A DNA stretch of 57,312 nt from a virus. Its lineage: Duplodnaviria > Caudoviricetes. A model generated the notes under the pieces. It searched no databases. It was not told the origin of the DNA and worked only from the letters and a program-made list of their open reading frames with translations. Positions 28,201 through 41,300 of this stretch are shown here, piece by piece. Position numbers and translations under genes: made by a program. The stretch lies in the IMG/VR virus record IMGVR_UViG_3300046167_000369, positions 1-57,312 of that record. The stretch is one strand, 5' to 3'. Each line of letters opens with the position of its first letter. Position 1 is the stretch's first letter.

Positions 28201-31200
28201 AACCTTTGTATATTTCTTGCCTAATATGTTATTTATATTCTTAGACAGAGACTCTACATTCTTTCTTATAACAAGCTTTGCAACATCCTCATAAACATTT
28301 TCTATATTCTTTTCATTAGCCTCTGTTACTGACCTAACCATATCAATCACCTCCTTCTTTGTATACAAACTAGGTGGAAGTGTTTTTCTAATAAAGTTTC
28401 TAAGACCTGCCTTTACCTTGTTTAGTTCTTTTGCTCCTTTCTTTCTTTCTCTAACTATAGTTCTGGCTTCCTTTATTTTTTGATCCATATTCTTTGTTGG
28501 CTTTGTTCCAACAAATTTTTGAATATCACTAAGAAGTGCAGCTTGAGTTGTAGATAATCCCTTTCTACTTCTTAATTCACCCTTAACCTTGTATGTATCT
28601 GACTCAGAAATATACTCAGGCTGTTGCTGTAAAAATTCTATGGTCTTATCTACTATCTCTTGCTTAGTATATTTTTTTGACTTAAGGTTCTTTCTTTCAA
28701 GTTTCTTTCCATATTCTATTACTCTATTAAATAATGGACCACCAATATTTAGTCCTCCCATTATATTTTTAAAGCTATCAGGGACAGTCTTTTTTTCGAA
28801 TATATCTGCTACTGGCACCTCCAAAGCCTTTTTCGCTTCTGTTGCGGTCATACCTCTATCCCTTATAAGGTAATCCTTTATCGTTTCATCCTTGAAGTTG
28901 TTTCTTCTTCCTTCGCTTATGATTGATGACACAGACATTACCTTTTGTTGTCTTTGTTTTCTAGCTACCTTAGCTACCTTAGGTATTGCACCTGCACTTG
29001 ATAATACATTTGACTGAGCAAAATTCTCATCTGCCTTTCTTGATACCACCGTTTCATCTGTGTTGTATTTAGTATAGGTATCTGTTATATCATAAGATTT
29101 AAAGAACTTACTAGGTTGCATTATCTTATTAATCTTAGCCTTAACAACCCAACCAAATGACGGATGATGGTCTACATCTTTAGGATTAGTTTTAGAAACT
29201 TCAAATGTTGTTGGGTCAAACTCAATGAAAGACATAATCTCACCTCCAACAACTCCCTTGTTTAAAGGGTCAGTAATTCTATTATGAAACTCAGTTAGAT
29301 TCTTTACACCAATTGCTTTCTGAAATGTTTTGTCAGATGCAATTTTTTGATTTAATATTTTTCTAAGGTCAGGAGAATAATTGTTTTCAATATCTAATAA
29401 AGTGACCAATGCTTTTGGGTCCTCCTTAAAACTATTTAGATTTTTTAATCTACTGTTATTCTTCTTGTTGAATTTTTCTAAAGCACTCTTACCATCCTTA
29501 GATTGAAGTCCACTATTGAATGCATCAATAAGATTTTTCTTACTAAGTATTTTTTCATCAAGAACTAAATCAACTAAAGATTCAAAAATGTGTTGCTGAA
29601 ATTGCCAAGAACCATTTAGAGTACCGGAATGTGGAGCAAACAAATCTGCCTCACCTTCTATTGAGTTTCTAATAAACCCTTCGGCTTGAGACTTCGTATT
29701 AAAAGCAGCAAGGTTAGATACATCACCTAACTTCCTGCCCGTTTTATTCATAATAATCGGAACATAGTTACGTCCGCCTAAAAGATTTATACTGTATCCA
29801 TTACCCAACTCAGTCAAACCTGCGTTGGTATAGTCATACATATTAGTTACAAAGTTTCTCCCATCTAAAGTATAAACATCTACATCCTGAACAAGTTCTC
29901 TAACCCAAGTTCTCTGATCGTTCTGAACTTTAGGTGCATCTATTATATCTATTTGTTTTCTAGGAATTTTTAAGGTTCCAACTTCACCTTCAGAACCTTG
30001 CTCTTCTTGTTCTAAAGTCTGAATGTCTGACTCCTCAATAACCTCACCTGTTCTAGTCTTTCTTGATATTACATTTAATAGGTCAACAACATCAGAATCT
30101 TTTGCTCCGAAGTCACTTCCTAATTTAATACCAAACTTTTTAGCTATACTCTTTAAGAAATCTACAATTATATTTTTTGATGGTCTGTTAAGCTGTCTGT
30201 ATTCAGAGGAAAGTATACCTACTAATTCCGCTAATCTTTCTTCATTTTGTAACTCACCCTCATAACTCTTAGCAAAAGCTTCAATTCTTTTTGAAATATC
30301 ACTGTCTTTTGGTAGAACCTTTAGAACAGACGATACCATCTTCTCTGATGCTATTGCAATATCTGGATCGCTTTTTATTTTATCCATTAATACTGCGTGA
30401 AATATTTCGTGTGGTACTGTAGTCTTTGTAGCTTTAGACAGGTTAACGTGTATAGTGGTATTGTTAGGATTATATTCTGCTCTACCATCACCAAGCTTTG
30501 CATACTTTAAATACTCATCATTGGTTTCGTGAAGTACTATTTTAACATTAGGTAATACTTTAGAAATAGACTTTGCTGCAAGTTTAGCTATATTAACCAC
30601 ATTACCTCTTAATGGGTTGGTATTTTTAGAACCATCTTTACTTCGGTTCAATGTAATGTTCTGTCCTTTTTTGAATAATGAATCAATATCATTTTGTTCT
30701 TCAGTTGTTACTTCTTCAGTTACTTTCTCAGTTACAGTTGTATCAGTAAACTCTTCAGAAATCATTTTTCTAAAGTCATCTAATTCTTGTTGCTCCTGAT
30801 TAGCAGTTTCAATTTCAGTCTCTAAAGCCTTTATTCTTTTTGTTTCTGCATCATACTCTACAGTTCCTTCTTCTATATTTTGAATGTCTATTTTGCTTTC
30901 TTCAAGCTTTTCTTCAAGTACATTTAAAGGTTGCTCTGATAGGTTATCAAAACTAAAAGTTTCGGCTTTTCTTCTTGGTGTTATATCTTCCTCAGCTACA
31001 ACCTCCTCGGCTACAGTTGGTTCGGCAACCTCCTCAGTTACAGTTGGTTCGGCAACCTCCTCAGCTACAACTTCTTCAGCTACAGTTGGTTCAGCTACAA
31101 CTTCTTCAGCTACAACTTCTTTCTTACCTAACTCAGTTAGTTCGTTGTCTATCTCTTTGATACGTTCCTTCTCCTTAACGACTAAGTTAGGCTCCTTGCC

Positions 31201-34098
31201 CTCAACCTTAGACTCTAGGTTTCTCTTCTCTACTATTAAGTTGAAAGCTTCTTTGGCATCACTCGTATTTAAGTTGTCAGGTATCTGATTAAATACTCCT
31301 AATGAATAATCTAATCCGTCAAGACTTTTTTGTGCTTGTTCCTGAGTCATCTTGTCCTGTAAAACTTGAACTTCTAATTGTGTTTTATATAAGTCGTAGT
31401 TCTTTTTTCTAGTTGCTACAGTACGCATCATATCAAATTCAGTTTGACTTTCAATGCCATTTTTAGCTGCTCTAAATGCTTGACCTGCTGAATTCATAAC
31501 AGAACCTCCTACAAATCCAATCAGCCCGTTCTCCAAAATCATCGCAGCAGCTTCTCCAATTGTTTGTGGTGTATCGAAATATTCTTTTCCCTTTATACCA
31601 TTGTATGCTTTCTTAAGACCAATGTCCATACCTGCTGCCTGTGCAATTTCTGTACCTGCCTCGAAACCACCTGCGGTTAAAACGTTAAGTCCTCTCTCAG
31701 CAACAGTCTCCTTAGCATTTCTTTTTATTATTTCTGAAATAACTTTTGCACTTGCCCCTTCAGGTATCTCTTGAAATGATTTATCAATAAGTCTTGCAAC
31801 TAACTTTTTTCCGGCAGGTTTTGCTAACATTGCTTTACCTAATCCAACCTTCTCTAATGCACCTACACCTAATCCATAGATAGTAGACATAATTATTTTC
31901 TCATACTCAGGCACATCATCAAACTCAGGGTTATCCATTAAAGCTTTATTCTGAGAGTAAGACTGTGCAAACAATCCTAAGAACCCTCCATCAACAACAA
32001 ACTTACCAATTTTAGCAATTGGTACACCACCAGTGAGAACACTACCTGTAGCCATAGCACCAACGCTTTCAGTAATACCAAATATTGCCTTAGTAAATAT
32101 ATCTCTATTTTCGCTTGAGAAATACTCCTGAGTCGAAACACCTGGAATAAGTTCTTCCATTGCTCTTTCTGCGTATGTCTGTCCGTATATGTCCTGTCCG
32201 GTATCCCCCTTAAGAAAACCAATTACAGAGGCTGCACCTCCAACAAATTTCTTAACAATTCCAGTTCCAAAGCTACCTCTATCCTGTTCTAATAGATAGC
32301 TTGCTCCTTGCGCCCTGTCTATATTTGATTCTGCAGTTTCAATTGTAGCTTTGTTTTTAGAGTATTCATCTGAAAGCTGCTTAAATTCTGTTACTTTCTC
32401 TAACATTATATCATCCTGAGGCTTCACCCCTGGAATTTGCTCACGATCTAAAATTGATTCTAATTTATTAAATTGAATATCGGATTCAAGTTCGTTTATT
32501 CTTTCTTCTATAATATCATTTGATTTCTTCTTGTTTTTAATTAGTGATTTTGTTCTGTATAGATTTTCTTTTTGATAGTATGTAGGCATAAGGCTTACAT
32601 CATCTGCTACTATATTATCAAGTTCATCGCTATTTTCTAACCATTCTTGCCTAGCCTCAATTAAATCATTTCTTTCCTCAGGATTCAATTGTGGAAAATC
32701 ATAGTCGAAAGAAGTTTCGTTTAACAGTTCGGTTAATTTTTTAGGATTTTCTCTAAGGTCTCTAGCCACTTTAGCATCAAAACTTGGGTCCTTCTCAATT
32801 GATTTTATTATTAATTCTTCATACTTTTTTCTTGCTAAGTCTCTGTCGTATGACTTTATACCAAGTTCAATAAATGACTTTAGTTTCTTGGCTTCGACTT
32901 TTCTGCCCTCTTTAGAAGTAGATAAATCAAATGAATCCGTTTCACCTGTAAGTTTATTTTTTACTTTAACGTAGTCAAAACCTGCTTCTGCTTCTTCAAC
33001 CTGAAATATTTCTGATTCAGGTCCACCTAAAGACTTAAGTTGTTTACGAAACTTTGGTACAAATTCAGACTCATATTGATTCTGCTTAAAGCTTTCATCA
33101 ATATCTGACTTAATCTTAGATACAGACTTCTTTCTTCTTTCTACTGTTTTATAATGTTCAGATTCAGTGTCTAATCCAAGAATCGTGCGATCTAATTTCT
33201 TTGAAACCTTAGGATCAGTAACTACATCTTTTAACTTTTTATCTAGTAGTTCTTTTGTTAATTTTTCTCTTAAAGATTCTGGAGTTACTTCCATCTCTTT
33301 ATACTTCTGTCTGTTTTGAAACTCAGACAAGCTTTCAATTTCTGAAGTTATTGCTTTATTTTTACTTTTCTTTATTTCTGATTCTCTTCTTTCAATTGAT
33401 TTATCAGTTTCTTCTGTTCCTAAAAAATATTCAAATAGTTGGTCTAGTTCTTTTTCCTTTTCTTCCTTGTCTATCTTCCAGTTTATTTCTTTTTTTATTT
33501 CAATTTGACTTGGTAGTTCAGACCAAGTCCCGTAATCACGAGATGATTTTGTATAACTTTTTTGTTCTGGAACTAATGGAACTGCTCCTTTTTCTAATGC
33601 CTGAGTTCTAAGACCTGATGGATCATCAATCGGTATAAATTTATTTTGAGTTTTTTCTCCAAGATTTATCAAGAACGTTCCGTCTGGTTGTCTCTTGTAT
33701 TTTGCTCCTGGTCTTGTAGGATATGTATATATATCGTCCTCAGGTTCTACCTCATCGCTTCCTTGCTGCGTAGACAAATCCAAAGAAGAATCTTCCGATA
33801 CGAAGTCCAACCCACCTTGCTTCGGAGCCATTGCTTCTGACATCTGCTCCTGTGCTGTCGGCTCTTTTTTTTTTACTTCCTCTGTGGCTTCAGTTACTTC
33901 AGGCTGAGATACTGCATACTTCTGCAAGAAACTCCTCTTTGCTTCTTGTGTAAGTGTCCATCTCTTGATGCTACCACATCAAAAACCTTATCACGGTATG
34001 CGTTGTCGTTGTTGTACTTCTGCTCAAACTCTCCGTAAGACTTTGTGTAGTAACCCTCCTCTTCGAAGTAGTTCATATAGCTTTTGAAGTTCGTTCAT
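25246..34098 (-). CDS. Giant (~2950 aa) internal virion / polyvalent protein with a zincin HExxH domain
   Basis: 2893-aa ORF plus a frameshifted N-terminus (MNELQKLYEL at 34098); VPHEIFHAV...EERLAE; last large gene of the structural arm. Confidence 0.8.
30990..31120 (-). repeat. Coding tandem repeat EEVVAE/PTV linker
   Basis: EVVAEEVVAEPTVAEEVVAEEVAEPTVTEEVAEPTVAEEVVAEE. Confidence 0.85.
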
Positions 34099-34110
34099 AT
34101 TGTATTTATA

Positions 34111-36026
34111 TTAATCTAATTCACCTGTTCCTGCTGCTTGACCTGTTCCACCTATACTAATAACTTCTGCTTTATTTTTTGTTAGACTATTTATAGCTAA
34201 CTCCTTTAAGCCTTTTATCATACTTGGTCCATATGTTGTCATATGTTGCTATTGTATCTTTTCCTTTTTTAAATACATATCCTCCTGCACCTCTGTCATA
34301 TCGAACATTCACACCAGTCAATCCGAGTTCAGGTAGTTTTGATTGAATCTCAGTCGTTCTTTTGTCTGCTGTTTTTAATTTCTTGTATGGTTTAAAATCA
34401 ACAGCATTAATATTGCTTATAGCTTTTTCATACGTAGATTGAGCAACTTTGATACCTCTCTCAACATTAGTCTCATCATTAAATCTTCTTGATTTGTTAA
34501 TGCCTGCGCCTCTAATTACAGCTTTATAGTCTTGACCTTCGAATGCATTTTCTCCTTCTCTACCAAAGGATGTGTAAGCACCTGCGATAAAGTCTTCGAC
34601 AGTTTTTAAATTACCTGATACATCTCTAAATGAAAGTTCTGGTGACGTATCCCCTGTCATATAAGTAATTATAACGCCTGTCGGTGTTCTGCTTATTTTT
34701 TGTATACCATCATTTGCTCCTGCTAAATTTGTCTCCGCAGATACTATTTCGTTTTCGTCTCCATAGTACAAATCAGCAAGTAAATTAGCTAATGACTTTG
34801 CTCTTTCCCTCCTTGGTTTTTTTATCGGTCCAATATTTTTGTTCAGCAATAGATGGTTTTGCTATCATCTGTCGTGTTTCAACAGTTCCCTCTTCCTGAA
34901 GCATCATACGAGCCTGAGTCTTTAACGCTCTCTCTGCATTTGCTTCCTGCTCTTCAGTCAATTCGTATACAACTCTACCGTTCTCTGTCTTGGCAAAAAG
35001 AATATTCTGCTTTCTATTTCCGTTCTCATCCAATAAATCGTCAGGGTTATATGTAGTGCTATATAACTCACCGTCCATAGTGAATTTATTAAAATCCAAA
35101 AGTACAGAAGCACCATTGTAAGTACCACCCTGTAATTGGCTCTTTGCCCACTTGTCGCTTGCCTCTTCAAATAAACTAATAGACTTAAGGTCATCAACAC
35201 TAACGCCTAACTCCTCAGCCTTCTTAGCTATCTGCTCATCTGTTAGACCATCTAACCCGCCTGCCTTTCGTACATACGTTGATATCTTTTCAATAGTACC
35301 TGCTTTATATCCTGTACCCATAGATGTAATAGCCTCTCTAACATCAGGCTTTAAGTTCTTAGTCCAATTTTTAGCAGCACCTACAACGTCAAAGTTTGTT
35401 ACTGTTGTTCTAATTCTGTTTCTTAAGTTTGATACAGACATTAAGTTTGCAGGATTTGAATCCGGTATAAGTGGTCCGTCTGGATTATTAGGATCCTTAA
35501 TCATCTTTGCAGCAGCTACGTTTCCTGTTGCTGAGTCAATCACAAGTCTTGCTCCCTTGAAGTTTGAGAATCCCTCAACGTTTTCCATCATCTCAAGAGT
35601 AACCTTAGATAGACGCTCTCCATAAGGAATATTATCGTTATTCAAAGCCATCTTCTTAGAGAACTCCTCATTGTACTCTTGGTATAGGCTAAAACCTATA
35701 TCCGTTCCGTCAACTAAGTTTTGTCTCATAAGTGTATACTGAGAAGGCTTAAGTTGACCTGACTTGAGTAGTGTCTCTTGCATCAGCATCTGTTGCTGAA
35801 GGTCATCAGCGAATGCTAATGCAACCTTGTTGAGTTCACCATCCTCACCCACAGGTACATTGGCTACTACTTTCTGATACTCTCTTGTAGCTTCATCTAT
35901 GGCTGCTTTCTTTTCTTCACGAACCCTAGCCTCTTCGTTCAACATATTGCTGAAGTTGCTTCCAACCTCTGCCCAGTTGATTTGATTCTCAGCCTCTCTT
36001 TCTACGTACTTATATGCTGTTGCCAT
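34111..36026 (-). CDS. Putative internal virion (ejection) protein, frameshifted
   Basis: ORFs 34785..36026 and 34187..34849 plus a tail ending GELD* at 34111. Confidence 0.65.
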
Positions 36027-36037
36027 TATTTATTTTA

Positions 36038-37105
36038 TTAATACCCGAATGGGTTTACGTAACCAAATGGGTTAGTTAAAGCCCCCACGCCTGATAAATT
36101 TGTACCTGGTAGTGTTGTTAGTCGTCTAGTAGTTCCAGGACCAATACCACTTACTCCTATCTGCCCTGGATTGATACCAGTCATTGGACTTGTATTTAAA
36201 ACTGGATTAGTCAATCCGCCTACTCCTGATAAAGAATTGTATAATGGAGATATAGCTTGCACTGGTGTGCTAACTTGTGGCGATGTTGCCGCTGCTGTAC
36301 CTGCCGGGTTAGGAAGCATAGTTCCTTGCATATAACCCTTATATATATCCGTATATACTGGATTGTTTTGTAATCCGAGTAATGCAGGTTTACCTGCATC
36401 TCGCTTGAATCTTCTGAATTCACCTCTTTTCATCGCCTCAAAAGGAATATCTGAAAGACTTCTTTCTGCTCCTGCATAGTTTACAGTCTTATCTCCGAAA
36501 GCACCTTGTCTAGCTGCTTCTCCAAACGCTGCCTGCTGTGCTGCTAAATCTTGTTGATATAGAGGAATCATACTTATACCCTGACCTACTACATTAACAA
36601 CACCTTTAATACCTTGAGCCTTAGCTGCTTGCATCGCTTCTTGTGCCTGTGCTGCCTTTAACTGCTCACCTGCTACCTCTTCTAAGTCTAATCCTACACC
36701 CAAGTCTCTAAGCCTTGACTCTTCCTCAAGTATTGCCGCCTCGATGTTTGTCATCTCGTCAGCCATTGCACCTCTTATCTTTGCTTGTCCTGCCTGTTGT
36801 CCTGCGTAAATTCTTCCTGCTGTTGCTGCTGCTCCTCTTTCACTCTCAACTCCTGCCTGTGTAGCCATAGCACCTTGAACCAACATAGCTTCTCTTTCCA
36901 AGTCGTATGCTTCCTTCTTGATTGCCATTTGCTCGGCATAGTTAATCTCAAGCTTCCCTCGTGCCTCAGCCATTGCCTTGTCAGCGTCCATCTCCGCTTG
37001 CTCCATTAGCTTTCTCTGCTTTGCCGCCTGAGTAAAAGATATTCCAGTAGATATAGCCTTTGAGGCTAAACCTCCTGCTGCTGCTATTGTTGTTATTGAT
37101 GCCAT
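36038..37105 (-). CDS. Putative internal virion (ejection) protein
   Basis: Ala/Gly/Gln-rich helical protein with a hydrophobic N-terminus, after the tail genes. Confidence 0.65.
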   Translation of the reverse strand: MASITTIAAAGGLASKAISTGISFTQAAKQRKLMEQAEMDADKAMAEARGKLEINYAEQMAIKKEAYDLEREAMLVQGAMATQAGVESERGAAATAGRIYAGQQAGQAKIRGAMADEMTNIEAAILEEESRLRDLGVGLDLEEVAGEQLKAAQAQEAMQAAKAQGIKGVVNVVGQGISMIPLYQQDLAAQQAAFGEAARQGAFGDKTVNYAGAERSLSDIPFEAMKRGEFRRFKRDAGKPALLGLQNNPVYTDIYKGYMQGTMLPNPAGTAAATSPQVSTPVQAISPLYNSLSGVGGLTNPVLNTSPMTGINPGQIGVSGIGPGTTRRLTTLPGTNLSGVGALTNPFGYVNPFGY

Positions 37106-37106
37106 A

Positions 37107-37517
37107 TTATAAAGCTTTTATCATTTCACTTGTATAAGAGTCTCCTTGTATATATCCTAATTTTTCATATGTCTCTTGTAAACTCTTATGTTTTATTAGA
37201 GCGTAACAAAACTTAGAACCGTTTTTCTTTGCCAAGTTTGTTAATGTTTCTATTAATAAACCAATAGCATTTCCTCTATGTGGCTTTTTTCTGTATTCTT
37301 TATTTGATATAATAAAATCAACCCAAGCAACTTTAGAGTTTGTTATGTATAAGTATCCTGCACAAACAGGCTGACCATCATCCAAAACAATTATACCACC
37401 CTTACCATTGTCAGGTAAAAAATCTTTTACAGGTGCTGTCCATCCCCAATCACTCCACCACTTCGTTAAGTGAGTTTCGTAGTCTTCTTCGGTCAGTGGT
37501 CTTATATCAAATATCAT
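37107..37517 (-). CDS. GNAT acetyltransferase-like protein
   Basis: IRPLTEED...VCAGYLY...AIGLLIETLTNLAKKNG...YEKLGY. Confidence 0.7.
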   Translation of the reverse strand: MIFDIRPLTEEDYETHLTKWWSDWGWTAPVKDFLPDNGKGGIIVLDDGQPVCAGYLYITNSKVAWVDFIISNKEYRKKPHRGNAIGLLIETLTNLAKKNGSKFCYALIKHKSLQETYEKLGYIQGDSYTSEMIKAL

Positions 37518-37524
37518 TTAACAA

Positions 37525-37532
37525 CAAAGATA
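37525..37532 (-). promoter_or_regulatory. -7 promoter box TATCTTTG
   Basis: In the 21-bp gap before the GNAT gene. Confidence 0.6.
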
Positions 37533-37538
37533 GTAAAT

Positions 37539-38342
37539 TTAAGGAAAAGATTTCATTACTTCGCTCTCTGCGGCAAATAATTCTACCTTCTCAGTATTGT
37601 TGTTTGTCAATGTGAATACGCCATAGTGTCCAAGTATACCGTGAGACTCTGATACAGCGTTCTTTATATACAGCATATACTCCGTCTGAGTAGGTGCAGG
37701 CTGCGCCCCTGTTATGGTATTGTCTACAACTATGTTGTTTATTCCTGCAGGCAAGTTCTGATTGACCTCTGTAACCTGACCCAATAATAATGGATTAGGA
37801 TTGCCAAAGTAAACCATATCGCCAACGCTAATTATATTCCCTATGTACAGGGTAGTTGGAAAGTCTACAGTAGTTACACCACCCACGACACCTATAGCTG
37901 AACTTGTACCCAAGCCATTCAGTGACCTAAGGGCATACTCATCTACGCCTGCAGGTACATCTCCTGAGTTTCTAACAAACGCAAAGAAAGCACCCTCCTT
38001 CTTTTCAAACCAAGTTGAATCAACGAACCCTGAGTCCTGCTGATCGCTAGTCAAAGTAGCTGACCAAGCGTCATCACCCTCTAAGTTAATGGTCTTAAAT
38101 AGCTTATTCTCAAGCGGTTGAGCGTTAAACACAGACTGCAAAACTGAAGGGTAGTTATCGCCATAGAAGTTATTTCTTACATCATTGGTATTATGCCTGT
38201 AAAGATTTCCTGACTTGAAGGTATAGAAGTAGTTGTTCATACCAATCATAAAATCTGGAACGTAAGAATAGAACGAAGGGAATCCCTTAACTCCCGAATC
38301 ATATGTTAGTGTGTACTCTGTATTTTTATCTACTTGGCTCAT
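37539..38342 (-). CDS. Tail structural protein
   Basis: Beta-rich; SFYSYVPD and KLFKTINLEG motifs; follows the nozzle-like gene. Confidence 0.65.
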   Translation of the reverse strand: MSQVDKNTEYTLTYDSGVKGFPSFYSYVPDFMIGMNNYFYTFKSGNLYRHNTNDVRNNFYGDNYPSVLQSVFNAQPLENKLFKTINLEGDDAWSATLTSDQQDSGFVDSTWFEKKEGAFFAFVRNSGDVPAGVDEYALRSLNGLGTSSAIGVVGGVTTVDFPTTLYIGNIISVGDMVYFGNPNPLLLGQVTEVNQNLPAGINNIVVDNTITGAQPAPTQTEYMLYIKNAVSESHGILGHYGVFTLTNNNTEKVELFAAESEVMKSFP

Positions 38343-38355
38343 ATATTATTTTTAT

Positions 38356-41300
38356 TTATGGATTTCTCAAATCCCATATCAAGTATAGGTAGTCACCATC
38401 GTTACCCGAGGGCATAGTGAATGTTGCCTTGATATAGTTTGGCTGACCCGATAAGTTTGGTGTTATTCCAGTCGATGCTGCAATCAAATCACTAACCGAA
38501 CTTGCAGTATTAGGATAGTTTGTTGCTGTTCTCAAGTATCTAAATGAATTGTTTGCATTATCAAAATTAGCAGTATCTGACTGAAACTTGTTAAATGCCA
38601 ACACTACATTAGAACCATCTGGAGGAACAGAGCCTTGACCCTGAATACCAGTTAACGAATTGTATCTAGTAACTACAGGGTCTGTTGTTCCTGTAGCAAA
38701 CTGAATAGGGCTTGATGTAAGCGGTGAAATGAAAGTCCCATCCTGATATCTGTACTCGCTATGGAATGTAAGAGTTGCGTCATCTGCACTTGTAGCAATA
38801 ACTTCAATTACAGTTATCTCCTTAGCATCAGGACACTCAACCTCCAATGTAATTTCAACTATATCAGTTGGTGTTATTGTAACGTTTATCTCAGTGGCGT
38901 TTATGACATTTTTATTTATTGTTTGCGAACCACTTGCAGTTTGATTGGTAAGGCTTGTAGTTACACCGTTGTAAGTGATGTCCACATCAAACGTGCCTGT
39001 TATCTTAGCTACAGTCCAAGTTATGTCAACGTCACCAACTCCATTACCCATCTCAAAGCACTCATCAAATATCTCAGTAGAGGTAATTTCAAGTTGCCTA
39101 GATATACCACAGTTTATGCAAGCCTTTGGCATTGGTACTAAGTCTTGGTTTGATGATAGTACATACTCGTTCATATAAGGATCGAACCCACCTAACTTCT
39201 GTGTTTCAAATTGTACTAAGAACAAGTCTCTAAACCAAGTACGCATACCCAAACTGGATATCACTTCTAGTCTATCTGAATTATAAGATGCGCCACTTAA
39301 CTTTAATACCACACCCCTCTTTGCGTCTGTGAAGTATCTATCGTCACCATAAGACGAGAAGCTTTCAGGGTTATGGCTTATACCAAACTCTTCAACTCTT
39401 GCTATCTGATTCCCTAAAACTTCAGGTACTGACAGCAATAGGTTACCTGCACCTGCATCTGATAGTATATTCGCACCTGTGAGTACGTATGATATCTTAT
39501 CTTCTTGTAGTGTAAGTACATCCTTCTCTCTTCCGTGTAGTATCTGTATAGGACCAAAGGACTCCTCTAAGGGCTTAAAATTCAACAGACCTCCATTGAA
39601 CTCATTTAGTTTGTTTACGTTCGACTCATCGCTGTATACACCACTATAGGTAATGTCAGCAAATCTTCTAACTCTTCTGTAGTCTTGAGCCTGTGTAGAC
39701 GTAACTCTATTCCCAAGGTTGAAGTCCTTGCCTAATATACTATCTCTAATCTTATAGCTTTCAACACCGTTACCAAAGGAGTAACAGTTAAAGAACCCTG
39801 TATCACAAATAGCAGGCTGTCCCGTTGATAGTATCTGATTCTGTATATCTCCTAAGTGTGTACCTGAAGGTATTGACGTAGAAGTAAGAGTTACATTCGC
39901 AGGATTCGTTGGTGGTGTAGCTGCACTTCTTACCACACTACTACAAACAGCAACAAATGTTACTGGAGGACCACTCGGAGCAGGGTTACTAGGAACCGTT
40001 ATCTGCTGTGGTAAACCATTTATATCTGTGTAGTCATAGACCAAGTCGTTAGGGTCTTGGTTTAGTACTGATACGTCACATATATCGTCAGAAGTAACCA
40101 ACCCAAATGTCTTAGAACTTTCATACCAAATGTCTGGTGCTGCATCAAGAGGTTCACTCTCGAACACTATTGTATTATCTGCTCTAATTATAGGCATAGA
40201 ATATTGTATGGCAGACTGTTTATTATTGCTTGATCCACAAGCAGATGTACCTGTAATTAAAAGCTGTAATTGATTTGTTGAAGAGTCTCTATAAAAACCA
40301 ACATATATAGTGATGTTATCTTCAGGTATAGTGGAAGGTGTAGTGTTTCCAACATAACTAAAGTTAAAATCAGCACCACCTCCACCAATGTCATTGTTTC
40401 CAGTAGATATCTTACTTATTACATTGTCTCCTTCAAACCAAGTTTGAAGATTGGTATAGTCTGCAGACGATGTTAGTTGTTTTTTAAATGTATATATTCT
40501 CTTATCGCAAGAACTATTATTACCTTTTCTTTCAATTAATAAATCAATAAATATTTTTGAACCTGATGGAACAGTATAATCTGTATAATTAGAACCAGGT
40601 ATTGAAGGGTCTGGACTTATGTTTGCAGGATATTCAATTAGCGGACTATTCCCTGTAGTTCCAGTAATGTCCGTGTATTGTGGTCCCGGTATAAATGAAT
40701 TTTCAGGTTGGTCAACAGAAAAAGAAGTTGCTTTCATTTTCATATATACACCCGATGGTACAGAGAAATTTACACTAGGGTCACTAGGAAGAGGAACCTC
40801 TATAAAGTCTGAACTCTTAGATGCCTTCTCTAATACAGTAGCGTAGTCACAACTTGAAGTAGGACCTTTTGAATCTCTTTTAACTATAAGTCTTTGACCG
40901 TTAGTTATTTTCTGTGAGTTTTCTCCTTCCAATAAAAAGTAAGTATTCTGGTCTGAAGGGTCAGTAAAGAATATATTACTATATATTGTTTCGTAAGACT
41001 CTCTGTCAGGCTTTATTGCATACTTATAGTTCTTTGCCCACTTAGGAGCAACTTGAGTAGTTGGTATATTTACAAGTATACTATTAGCTGTATCCGATGC
41101 AGCACAAGAAAAGTGTACAGTATTGTACTGACTAACCTAAGGCTGTGGTAGCCCTGTTAAACTCATCCATATATATAATTCCTATCTCATAGCCTCTATT
41201 GCTATGAAGGCTTTTACCTGAACCTATCTTACTGTAATCAGCAGCACCTACTTGCAATATCAAAGTATTCTGTAACAATTACAGTAGGAGTATTTACATC

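Noticed and set aside
25246-33927. Giant protein as a crAss-like or N4-like virion RNA polymerase
   Set aside because: No DFDxD-type catalytic motif in a suitable context was seen; the DFDDEDE near the C-terminus is an acidic patch.
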